Below are positions 45,790-54,481 of a stretch of 64,000 nt of DNA, piece by piece (within the stretch, counting starts at the first letter, position 1; every line of letters begins with the position of its first letter). The DNA lies in NCBI GenBank assembly GCA_964605065.1, contig CAZSAQ010000003.1:234210-298209 (forward strand), given 5' to 3'. The notes beneath the pieces are model-generated. The model saw only the letters and a list, made by a program, of their open reading frames with translations, did no database searches and was not told the origin of the DNA. The translations under genes and the position numbers were made by a program. This DNA comes from an uncultured Chitinophagaceae bacterium (GTDB lineage Bacteria; Bacteroidota; Bacteroidia; Chitinophagales; Chitinophagaceae).

Positions 45790-47508
45790 TTATTGAATGA
45801 AATATACTTTGGCAATCTTGCCGTTTTCGATATGGTAGATAGCGATGGCCTTTACCGGTTGGGGACCAAAACCCGTAACCTTTTCATGATCGATGACCGT
45901 ATTGCCTTCAACAATCCTTTCCGTAACCTCGCAATGAAGATCGACTACAGTTTTGAACATTCCTTCGTATTCTTTTCGCATAGCTGCCTTTCCTTTTGTA
46001 ATAAGTTTGGCAGGAAATTCATAGATCTCCACACTATCCGAATAGGGTTCCAGGAAGGCTTCGAGGTTGCGAAGGTTGTACGCATTCAACTGTTGTTGCG
46101 CCAGTATGGCGGGCGTGTTGGGAAGCAGTTGTTTCGGATCCAATGAAATGCCGCGATGAACCACCGTGGAGGGGGTCATAAGACTGTTCAGATCCGAAGT
46201 CGGATCTTTTTCCAGCAATACGATATCAGCCACTTTGCCTTTTTCAATGCTTCCGAAGTCCTTCTCCTTGCCAAACCCTTTGGCGGTATTGATGGTGGCT
46301 GAGCGAATGATTTCCCAATTACTGAGCCCTGCATTTTTCATGGCCAGCAGTTCATCAAAAAAAGAACTGGCATGTTGCGTGCCGATGTTTCCGGCATCTG
46401 TACCAGCAGAAATCAGTCCTCCTTTCTGTTGCAGCAGCAGGAGATTGGAAGCCATTACTGTGTCTTCCTTGCCTGGTATGGGAAGACGGCTCCTTAGTTT
46501 TTTATAGTCGAGTTGCGACTTGGCTTTATCTATATGCTGCAGATCCATGAGGCTCCCGATTTGTACCGGGTCGCCGATCTTTAAATCGTAGCTGGTGAAA
46601 TTGAATTGCTGCGTAAAAACCCGGTTATAGTTCTGCGCCACGATGAGGGTTGGGATATAAACTACATTCTTCGATTTTAATAACTGGATAAATGATTCGT
46701 CAATGAGTTTGTTGTCTACACTGTGAACAAGGATATCCGCGCCGTTTTCTACCGCCAGTTTTGCCGTTTCAAATTCGGTGGCGTGTACGGCCACTTTTAA
46801 GCCGTTGGCATGGCTCTCGTCAATGGCAGCCTTAACAATTGGCAGATTGCTTTCTGCTTTTTGTCCATCCAAAACGATATACCAGATCTTGATAAAGTCG
46901 GGGTGATAGGGAATCTGTTTCCTGACCAGTTCACGGGCCTCCTCCGGGGTATTTACTTTGACAATCGGCGGATCTTTTTTATCGAGATGGGGTGGCTGAT
47001 AGGTGGAGATCAGCGGGCCGGTTACCCAGGCATTAGGGGAGAGTTTATCGGCATTTACTTTTTTTCTGATATCATAGTTCGAAAAGGGGCCGCCTACATC
47101 AACTACTGTGGTGATACCGGCAGCCAGGTATCTGTTCATGAGAGGCGACAGATTGTCTTTAATCCATTGCTGGTCTTTTTCGTAGGGATAAATCGGCATG
47201 AGGTTAAATCCGTCGGGGCGGGTGTATAATCCGCCGCTTTGAAAGAAATGGATATGGGCATCGATCAGTCCCGGGATGGCGTATTTGCCGGTAGCATCTA
47301 CCTGCTTTGCATTTTCGGGGATCTTTATTTTCTTGAACGGACCGACCAGGCTGATGCGATTGCTGTCAATTACGATCGTCTGATCGGCATCCAGTTTGCC
47401 GGTATTGACGTTAACAATCGTTACGTGAATGAAGGCGGTTGGCGAATTGGTTTGCGAAAAAGAAAGGAAGGAAAGGAAAACAAACGCGAAAAGGAGGGCT
47501 ATGCGCAT
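45790..47508 (-). CDS. Secreted amidohydrolase-family metal-dependent hydrolase fused to a C-terminal NTF2-like (SnoaL-like) domain
   Basis: Signal peptide, DAHIHF metal-binding motif, HATEFETAKLAVENGADILVHS, then a C-terminal ~110 aa NTF2-like domain (AYNLRNLEAFLEPYSDSVEIYEF). Confidence 0.8.
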   Translation of the reverse strand: MRIALLFAFVFLSFLSFSQTNSPTAFIHVTIVNVNTGKLDADQTIVIDSNRISLVGPFKKIKIPENAKQVDATGKYAIPGLIDAHIHFFQSGGLYTRPDGFNLMPIYPYEKDQQWIKDNLSPLMNRYLAAGITTVVDVGGPFSNYDIRKKVNADKLSPNAWVTGPLISTYQPPHLDKKDPPIVKVNTPEEARELVRKQIPYHPDFIKIWYIVLDGQKAESNLPIVKAAIDESHANGLKVAVHATEFETAKLAVENGADILVHSVDNKLIDESFIQLLKSKNVVYIPTLIVAQNYNRVFTQQFNFTSYDLKIGDPVQIGSLMDLQHIDKAKSQLDYKKLRSRLPIPGKEDTVMASNLLLLQQKGGLISAGTDAGNIGTQHASSFFDELLAMKNAGLSNWEIIRSATINTAKGFGKEKDFGSIEKGKVADIVLLEKDPTSDLNSLMTPSTVVHRGISLDPKQLLPNTPAILAQQQLNAYNLRNLEAFLEPYSDSVEIYEFPAKLITKGKAAMRKEYEGMFKTVVDLHCEVTERIVEGNTVIDHEKVTGFGPQPVKAIAIYHIENGKIAKVYFIQ

Positions 47509-47570
47509 TTTTCTTTTAAAGATAATGATAAGGCCGAAGACAATTTTCCCCGGCCTTATTCCTGGTTCGT

Positions 47571-48203
47571 TTATTTTTTCATCACCTGGTTGGGTGGCAG
47601 GGGTGCGGGCACCTGGTTTTTGATGGCAGGGATGGTTCTTAAATAGGCAAACATGGCCTCCAGGTCTTCATCCGTCATTTTACCCACTTTCTGCCAGGGC
47701 ATAGGAGGAAGTACAGGTCGGCCTCCGGCCTGTCCGAGGTGCTTGCCGGTCCGCATCGTATTTTTGAAATTATCTGCTGTCCATGCACCAATTCCTGTGG
47801 TGGAATCGGGGGTGAGATTGGCAGCGAAGCTCATTCCCCAGGGGCCAACCGCGGCTGTTAAGTCTGCCGAAAACAGGAGCCAGTTGCCAGGCTTGGTGGC
47901 ATCGTAAGTAACCGGTGGCAGTTTGCTGTCGGCAGGATGCCCGGACAATAATTTGGTTTCATCGGGAACCGGTCCCTCTGGACTCATGTTTTTAGGTGTA
48001 TGGCAATCGTTGCAACCTCCGGAATTGACGAGATATTTTCCTTTCTCGATGCGGTCTTCTTTCACAACCGGTACCGAAGTTTTGCCGGCCGCTTCGTCTG
48101 ATCGGGGAGCTTCTGCGGGTTGAGAACAATAAAACTGAGCAGGGATAACAACTGCTGCCACGACAACTGTCGCCAGCAGCTTCTTGTAGGAATGAGCATG
48201 CAT
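47571..48203 (-). CDS. c-type cytochrome (periplasmic)
   Basis: CNDCH is a heme-binding CxxCH motif. Signal peptide present. Confidence 0.7.
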   Translation of the reverse strand: MHAHSYKKLLATVVVAAVVIPAQFYCSQPAEAPRSDEAAGKTSVPVVKEDRIEKGKYLVNSGGCNDCHTPKNMSPEGPVPDETKLLSGHPADSKLPPVTYDATKPGNWLLFSADLTAAVGPWGMSFAANLTPDSTTGIGAWTADNFKNTMRTGKHLGQAGGRPVLPPMPWQKVGKMTDEDLEAMFAYLRTIPAIKNQVPAPLPPNQVMKK

Positions 48204-48309
48204 ATTGGTTGGGTTTTTAGGCTGGGTGATCAGGCTACTTCATCATGGCCCGGCATTACTCCATTCCGGTTTACAGGGGCCCTTAAGAAAAGAAAAGGTA
48301 CAGAAAAGA

Positions 48310-48783
48310 TCAGAATTGTATGAGATCAGTAATTTTTTCAAGATAGTATTGATCGGTTTCATCATAGTGCGCGAGTGATTCGCTGTCGACATCCAGAACT
48401 GCTACAACCTCACCTCCCCGAATGAGGGGGACTACTATCTCTGATTTTGACAGGCTGCTACAGGCGATATGCCCTGGAAATTTTTCAACGTCTTCCACGA
48501 TCAGCGTTCGTGCCTGCTCCCAGCTCGAGCCGCACACACCCCTGCCTTTCCTGATGCGCGTACAGGCAACAGGCCCCTGGAAAGGACCCAAAACAAGTTC
48601 ATTATTTTTTACGAGGTAGAAACCTACCCACAGCCATCCAAATTGTTCTTTCAGAGAAGCGGCCACATTGCCCAGGTTGGCAACCAGGTCGGGTTCCCCT
48701 TCCAGCAATCCCTTTATTTGAGGGATCAGTGATTCATATTGTTCCTGTTTTGTGCCCGTTGCAATCCGCAGATCTTCTGCCAT
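48310..48783 (-). CDS. GAF-domain protein (free methionine-R-sulfoxide reductase fRMsr/YebR-like)
   Basis: WVGFYLV...GPFQGPVACTRIRKGRGVCG...AVLDVDS motifs. Confidence 0.8.
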   Translation of the reverse strand: MAEDLRIATGTKQEQYESLIPQIKGLLEGEPDLVANLGNVAASLKEQFGWLWVGFYLVKNNELVLGPFQGPVACTRIRKGRGVCGSSWEQARTLIVEDVEKFPGHIACSSLSKSEIVVPLIRGGEVVAVLDVDSESLAHYDETDQYYLEKITDLIQF

Positions 48784-48894
48784 ACCTTATAAATTGAAGG
48801 GCAAAATTAAGGAAGATGAAATTAGTATGTTAACGACCGGTGTGCTGAAACGAATTCCTGATGATTGTTCTACCTTTATGCAAAACCAACTTAG

Positions 48895-49417
48895 TATGCG
48901 TAATAAATTTATTCCCCTGGCCGCCGTTATATTGATGGCGGGTGCCTGCAATAATAGTACAAGCGAAGCGGGAGCTACTCCCAAAGACACCGCCGCTGCC
49001 AAACACGATACTTCCGGTCACGAAGGTCATATGGCCACCACAACCAAGGAAGTTCCTCCCATGCCGGAAATTCCAACCGGGGCCAAAGTATTTTTTAAAA
49101 ACCTGAAGAACGGACAAACCGTCAAATCTCCGCTGAAAGTTGAAATGGGCGTAGAAGGTATGGCGCTGGATACAGCCAATGGAATAGTGAAAGCCGCTTC
49201 GGGACACCATCATATCCTGATTGATCTTGATTCGGTGGCTGCAGAGTCTGTAGTGCCGAAAGATTCAATCCATCTGCATTTCGGAAATGCACAGTCTTCT
49301 GCCGAAGTGAAGCTGTCGCCGGGTAAACACAAACTCACCCTGCAATATGCCGATGCGCTTCACAGATCATATGGAAGCCGCCTCACTTCGACTGTTACGG
49401 TGAATGTGAAGCAGTAA
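48895..49417 (+). CDS. Small lipoprotein, His-rich (DUF4399-like, tentative)
   Basis: MRNKFIPLAAVILMAGACNNS is a lipobox. GHHHILIDLD motif. The track ORF begins upstream inside the GAF gene. Confidence 0.6.
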
Positions 49418-49520
49418 GCGATTGGGGTTTATCGTTTCACGTTTCTGGTTTCACGTTGTTTAGCCATTCAGAGTTCATGCGCATAAACGAAAAACGTGAA
49501 ACGATAAACGCCAATCGGTC
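49415..49520. repeat. Heptamer-periodic inverted-repeat element, copy E (GTTTCAC variant)
   Basis: cgattggGgtttatcgtttcacgttt ... aaacgtgaaacgataaacGccaatcg are ~28-bp near-perfect inverted arms around a 27-bp loop. It spans from the stop of the + gene to the stop of the - gene. Confidence 0.85.
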
Positions 49521-50007
49521 ACTTCGTTTCTTCAAACACCCCGGTCTGCTTGTTTTTTCTGACATTATCCCAGTCGAAGGCTCTTCCGTTCATGGCAATG
49601 TATACTCCCGGAGGTAGTGTCTGAACAAAGGCCAGGGCATTGCCGAGATTGAAGAACCCGTCGGAGCTGCCGAATTTGTAGGGAATCATCGCCCCTGTCA
49701 GAACGATGGTCTTGCCCTTTACTTTTTCGGCAAGTACTTTGGCGGTAACAGACATCGTATCGGTGCCATGCGTGATCACGATCTTGTCTTCCGTCGCGTT
49801 TCGGCATTGATGCGCGATCAGTTCGCGGTCTTCATCTGTCATCAGCAGGCTGTCGATCATCATCAGTGTTCTTACCGTGATGTCGAGGCTGCTTCTGCTG
49901 CGAGCCAGCATTTCGGGGAGATGGGTTTCCTTAAAAAAAAGTTCGCCGGTCAATTCGTTGTATTCCTTATCGAATGTGCCGCCGGTTACAAAAAAGCGGA
50001 TAGACAT
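49519..50007 (-). CDS. Short asparaginase N-terminal-domain protein
   Basis: MSIRFFVTGGTFDK...VITHGTDTM are asparaginase motifs. Only about 160 aa, so the C-terminal domain is absent. Confidence 0.7.
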   Translation of the reverse strand: MSIRFFVTGGTFDKEYNELTGELFFKETHLPEMLARSRSSLDITVRTLMMIDSLLMTDEDRELIAHQCRNATEDKIVITHGTDTMSVTAKVLAEKVKGKTIVLTGAMIPYKFGSSDGFFNLGNALAFVQTLPPGVYIAMNGRAFDWDNVRKNKQTGVFEETK

Positions 50008-50020
50008 GACAAAGCTTGGT

Positions 50021-50452
50021 TTAGGGGTGAATGGATGCTCCGGCTTTTGCCCACTCGAACCGGATGTTGAGTTCAATATCTGGATGAATACTGTAAAATA
50101 CGGGACAGGTATGTGCGCAGCGCTCGATAATCACCCGCTGCTTTTCATCGGCATTCACCGATTCGGGGAAATGAAACGTTAAATTTATGCCGCCCACCCG
50201 TCTGGGATCCGCCTTCATTATTTTTTCAACATCAACGGTCGTTCCCTTCAGGTCTACATTCATGTCCCGGGCTTTGATGCCCATGATGGTCATGGCGCAG
50301 GCTCCCAGGGAAGTTGCCATCAGATCGGTGGGGGAGAAGCGTTCTCCCCGGCCCTGGTTATCGGGAGGGGCATCGGTTTCGAACTGACTACCGCTTTTCA
50401 GGTGGGTACAAACTGTACGGAGGTTTCCTTCGTATACTACCGAGGATGTCAT
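50021..50452 (-). CDS. OsmC/Ohr-family peroxiredoxin
   Basis: PTDLMATSLGACAMT...IIERCAHTCPV are the conserved Cys motifs. Confidence 0.85.
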   Translation of the reverse strand: MTSSVVYEGNLRTVCTHLKSGSQFETDAPPDNQGRGERFSPTDLMATSLGACAMTIMGIKARDMNVDLKGTTVDVEKIMKADPRRVGGINLTFHFPESVNADEKQRVIIERCAHTCPVFYSIHPDIELNIRFEWAKAGASIHP

Positions 50453-50501
50453 AATGTGTTATTTTGCCCTAAATTTACGTTGAATAACTAAATCAATTCT
50501 G

Positions 50502-51299
50502 GTGAAGAAGATCCTATTAAGCTCGTTCCTGTTGTTGTGCCTCTCCGTTTCGTATGCCCAGTACAAAAAAGAAACCCCTTCGGCCAAACAGCAACGAAAG
50601 GAAGAAAGAAGAGATAGGCTGAACAAACTGTCCAAACAGGAAGAAGAGGGTGAACTGGTATTCAACAAACAAAGCATATTTGGTATCAAGCTGGTTACAG
50701 ACGGTTATGGTCTCTCCTATGAATTCGGGAAGTACCAGACCAATAAAAGAACACTTCTTTTCCAGTTTGAATTCAATGAAAAAAGGCACCCCAAAGAAAA
50801 GAAGCTTTCGCTTTTTGACGGGATCGGCTTCAGCAATGTGATATTCGGAAAAACCAACAATTTCTACCAGGTTAAACTGGGAGTAGCGCAGCAGTTGCGC
50901 ATCGGGGGCAAAGGAAACAAAAACGGGGTAGCTGTTTCCGGTATCGTAGGCGGTGGTTTTTCGGCCGGGCTGGAAAAGCCTTACCTGGTTAATGTTACCG
51001 TCAACGGCCAGGAGTTCAGGACCACGTTCCCCACCATCATCGACAGTGGATATACCGATAAGATCAATGGTTCTGCAGGCGTATTCAAGGGCTGGAGCTC
51101 CGTGAAATTCAATCCGGGCGCTCATGCCAAGATCGCCATGCGGTTCGATTACGGCCGGTTCAATGAAACGGTAACCGCAATAGAGGCAGGGGTTATGGGC
51201 GAATTCTACAGCAAGAAAGTATCCCAGCTGGCCTATGTCAAGGAAAAACAGTTCTTCCTCACCGGCTATATTTCCATCCTTTTAGGAAGACGAAAGTAA
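50502..51299 (+). CDS. Hypothetical secreted protein
   Basis: Signal peptide MKKILLSSFLLLCLSVSYAQ, no recognised domain. Confidence 0.55.
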   Translation: MKKILLSSFLLLCLSVSYAQYKKETPSAKQQRKEERRDRLNKLSKQEEEGELVFNKQSIFGIKLVTDGYGLSYEFGKYQTNKRTLLFQFEFNEKRHPKEKKLSLFDGIGFSNVIFGKTNNFYQVKLGVAQQLRIGGKGNKNGVAVSGIVGGGFSAGLEKPYLVNVTVNGQEFRTTFPTIIDSGYTDKINGSAGVFKGWSSVKFNPGAHAKIAMRFDYGRFNETVTAIEAGVMGEFYSKKVSQLAYVKEKQFFLTGYISILLGRRK

Positions 51300-51366
51300 T
51301 GCGTATTTTTGCCTCCGCTGGTTCTGAAGGTAAAACCCCGGAACCGATATCGATGCGATTTGCGGA

Positions 51367-52311
51367 TTGAATACCACTATAATGACAGAATTACCAGTAG
51401 TTTCAGGCAGTGATGAGCAGGCTTTAAGGGTAAAGAAACCCGACTGGCTCAGGGTGAAGCTTCCGATAGGGGAAAGCTATAAGCATGTAAGAGGTCTCGT
51501 AGATACCCATAAGCTCCATACCATTTGTGAAAGTGGCAATTGCCCCAACATGGGTGAATGCTGGGGCGAAGGAACAGCCACCTTCATGATCCTGGGAAAC
51601 GTATGTACCCGCAGCTGCGGATTTTGTGCGGTAGCAACCGGCCGCCCCGATCCGGTGGATTGGGACGAGCCGCAAAGGGTGGCAGAAGCCATTCACCTCA
51701 TGAAAGTGAAACATGCGGTCATAACTTCGGTAGATCGCGATGAACTGAAAGACGGAGGAAGCATCATCTGGTTCAATACCATCAAAGCCGTTAAAGCCCT
51801 CAATCCCGAAACAACTCTCGAAACCCTGATCCCTGATTTCAAAGGCGAATCGGAAAACATTCAAAGAATCATCGAGGCTGCCCCTGAGGTAGTGTCTCAT
51901 AATATTGAAACCGTAGAGCGACTGACCCGCCAGGTGCGCATCCAGGCCAAGTATTGGAGAAGCATGGAAACACTCAAAACACTGAAGCAGGGTGGCATGA
52001 GAACCAAGAGCGGGATCATGCTCGGCCTGGGCGAAGCCCGGGAGGAAGTGATCCAGACACTGGAAGATTTAAGAAACAGCGAAGTGGATGTTGTTACGAT
52101 CGGTCAATATCTTCAGCCTACAAAAAAACACCTGCGTGTTCATCGTTTCGTTCATCCCGACGAATTTGCCGAGTACAGGAAAATCGGATATGAACTGGGA
52201 TTTGATTACGTGGAAAGCGGTCCGCTGGTACGCTCTTCCTATCATAGCGAAAAGCACGTTATTCCCGGTTACGGCAGAGCAAAATGGCTGGAAGAACAAT
52301 CCAGTCAATAA
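51367..52311 (+). CDS. lipA: Lipoyl synthase
   Basis: CPNMGECW and CTRSCGFC are radical-SAM and auxiliary cluster motifs. Confidence 0.9.
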   Translation: MNTTIMTELPVVSGSDEQALRVKKPDWLRVKLPIGESYKHVRGLVDTHKLHTICESGNCPNMGECWGEGTATFMILGNVCTRSCGFCAVATGRPDPVDWDEPQRVAEAIHLMKVKHAVITSVDRDELKDGGSIIWFNTIKAVKALNPETTLETLIPDFKGESENIQRIIEAAPEVVSHNIETVERLTRQVRIQAKYWRSMETLKTLKQGGMRTKSGIMLGLGEAREEVIQTLEDLRNSEVDVVTIGQYLQPTKKHLRVHRFVHPDEFAEYRKIGYELGFDYVESGPLVRSSYHSEKHVIPGYGRAKWLEEQSSQ

Positions 52312-52388
52312 TCTCATTCGCAATAATAGGTTGCTGAATGATATGACACGGATTTTGCATTCAGCGCCTGTCATGTTACCTTCGGTTC

Positions 52389-53348
52389 ATGCGGCTTAAT
52401 ACCTGTTTTTTGACACTTTGCCTGCTCGCGGGTTACCTTGCTACGGCACAGGTTAAATGGACCCGCACTACCGAATTCGGCTATCTGCCAAAGTCGATCA
52501 AAGTATACAAGACTTCCGACTCGCTCAATGGCCGGCCGTTCATTGCTTACTATGTGGAAGCCCGGCTGAAAGACAGAAACCTTGAATTCACCACAGAAAC
52601 CGGAAAAGGCAAACGATACACTCCTTCCCAGTATTTTGCAAACGACGAAACACCATACCTCGTCATCAATGGCACTTTCTTCTCTTTCCAGACCAATCAA
52701 AACCTGAACCTGGTGATGAAAAACGGAAAGATGGTGGCTTACAATGTACCGGCCCTGAAGAGCAAGAACAGTGATTCGTTTTACTATCCGACCCGCGGAG
52801 CCATCGGTATTTCACGGAAAAGAAAAGCAGATGTTGCCTGGGTATTCACGGATACGGCCAACCGCTGGCCCTATGCGTTTCAATTGAAACCGGTTGTGGC
52901 GAAAGGCGCTACCTCGGATCCTTCCTTTGAAGACCTCAATACACTCGACTACTGGAAATGGTGGAAAATGTATACGGCCATCGGGGGTGGACCCGTGCTG
53001 CTGCAAAAAGGTAAAATAAACATCACCAATAAAGAGGAGCAGATGTTTGTTAATGGCGAGCAGGACCGTCATCCGCGAACCGCGATGGGGTACACCAGAA
53101 ACGGGAAACTGATCCTGCTGGTGATACAGGGTAGATTTCCGGGGATAGCAGAAGGCGCCACCCTGCAGGAAGAAGCGCAGATTTTGAAGAACCTGAAATG
53201 CTGGGAAGCCCTTAATCTCGACGGAGGCGGAAGCAGCTGCATGCTCCTCAACGGAAAAGAAACGATCAAGCCATCCGATAAAGAAGGTCAACGCGCGGTA
53301 CCGGGTGTGTTCATTATCCGGGATAAAAAAACGGTGAATATCTATTAG
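52389..53348 (+). CDS. Phosphodiester glycosidase family protein (DUF2233/NAGPA-like), secreted
   Basis: Signal peptide, GGGPVLLQKGK ... LNLDGGGSSCM. Confidence 0.75.
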   Translation: MRLNTCFLTLCLLAGYLATAQVKWTRTTEFGYLPKSIKVYKTSDSLNGRPFIAYYVEARLKDRNLEFTTETGKGKRYTPSQYFANDETPYLVINGTFFSFQTNQNLNLVMKNGKMVAYNVPALKSKNSDSFYYPTRGAIGISRKRKADVAWVFTDTANRWPYAFQLKPVVAKGATSDPSFEDLNTLDYWKWWKMYTAIGGGPVLLQKGKINITNKEEQMFVNGEQDRHPRTAMGYTRNGKLILLVIQGRFPGIAEGATLQEEAQILKNLKCWEALNLDGGGSSCMLLNGKETIKPSDKEGQRAVPGVFIIRDKKTVNIY

Positions 53349-53365
53349 GCCATGGCAAAGATCAA

Positions 53366-53400
53366 AAAAGCAAACCCTCCGGGTTGGGAGGGTTTCAAAA
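53366..53400. terminator. Bidirectional intrinsic terminator
   Basis: AAAAAAGC-aaaccctcc-gggttg-ggagggttt-CAAAATTT. Confidence 0.7.
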
Positions 53401-53418
53401 TTTAATCAGGCGAATTTA

Positions 53419-54393
53419 TTATTTGTCCCACACCAGGGCAGAGGCCCCGAGGATGGCGGCATCCGATTCTTTCAGGTGGCTGACCAGTATTTTCACTTTG
53501 TTCTGGAAAACCTGGATCAGGTTGTCTTCCATGTGCTGGCGGGTGGGTTTCAGGATCAGGTCTCCTGCCTTTGTCAGTCCGCCGAAGAGAACAATAGCCT
53601 CCGGGCTGCTGAACATAACCGCATTGGCCAGTGCCAGTCCCAGGATCTTCCCGGTATATTCGAAAATTTCGAGGGCCAGTTTATCGCCTTTGATGGCCGC
53701 ATCAAAAACAGCTTTGGAATCCATTTCTTCTTTGGGAACAGTTCTCAGCAGGCTCGGCTCTTTGCTGTTTTCCAGTAATTCGAGAGCCGTGAGTTTCACG
53801 CCGGTGGCGGAGGCGTAGCTTTCGAGGGAGCCGTGCTTGCCCGTTCCTTCATGCAGGCGGCCGTCGGGGATCACGATGGTATGCCCCAATTCACCGGCAA
53901 ACCCGTCATGCCCGTAGATCAGCTGTCCGTTGGCTACAATTCCGCTTCCTACTCCCGTACCGAGGGTGATCATGATAAAGTCTTTCATGCCCTGGGCAGC
54001 GCCATACATCATTTCTCCGATAGCGGCGGCATTGGCATCATTGGTAAGGGTTACGGGAAGCTTGAATTTATCCTGGATCATTTTGGCCAGGGGTATGATT
54101 CCTTTCCAGGGAAGATTGGGGGCGTATTCGATAGTGCCTGTGTAGAAGTTGCCGTTCGGCGCACCCACCCCGATGGCTTTCATTCTTCCAATGCCTCCGG
54201 CCTTTTTGATAAGGGGGGATAGGCTTTCATATAGTTCATCAATAAACGATTCTACCACCTTGTGTTTCTTCGTCGAGATCTCGCTGGAGAAGAGTACGTT
54301 GCCATTCCGGTCGACGATGCCAAACTTGGTTCCTGTACCACCGATGTCTATTCCAATGGCCAGGGGATCCAGCGCTGGAGAAGCATTTGCCAT
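53419..54393 (-). CDS. ROK-family glucokinase
   Basis: LAIGIDIGGTGTKFGIV ... GHTIV. The start MANASP at 54393 is preferred because the longer track ORF would translate through a terminator hairpin. Confidence 0.8.
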   Translation of the reverse strand: MANASPALDPLAIGIDIGGTGTKFGIVDRNGNVLFSSEISTKKHKVVESFIDELYESLSPLIKKAGGIGRMKAIGVGAPNGNFYTGTIEYAPNLPWKGIIPLAKMIQDKFKLPVTLTNDANAAAIGEMMYGAAQGMKDFIMITLGTGVGSGIVANGQLIYGHDGFAGELGHTIVIPDGRLHEGTGKHGSLESYASATGVKLTALELLENSKEPSLLRTVPKEEMDSKAVFDAAIKGDKLALEIFEYTGKILGLALANAVMFSSPEAIVLFGGLTKAGDLILKPTRQHMEDNLIQVFQNKVKILVSHLKESDAAILGASALVWDK

Positions 54394-54401
54394 AACTATC
54401 G

Positions 54402-54434
54402 TTTTAAAAGAAAGCCCCGGTTTTTTACCGGGGC
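54402..54434 (-). terminator. Intrinsic terminator/attenuator between the sugar transporter and glucokinase genes
   Basis: Minus-strand gccccgg-uaaaaaa-ccggggc, followed by uuucuuuuaaaa. Confidence 0.6.
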
Positions 54435-54481
54435 CGTAAGTTAACAATAAATATCATTGAAAGTAAATCTGAAAAACTTTC

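Noticed and set aside
54394-54447. Longer N-terminus (MLTYGPGKKPGLSF...) for the ROK glucokinase
   Set aside because: Those codons are the GC hairpin plus U-tract terminator of the upstream transporter gene. ROK kinases begin just before the IGIDIGGT motif, so the start at 54393 was chosen.
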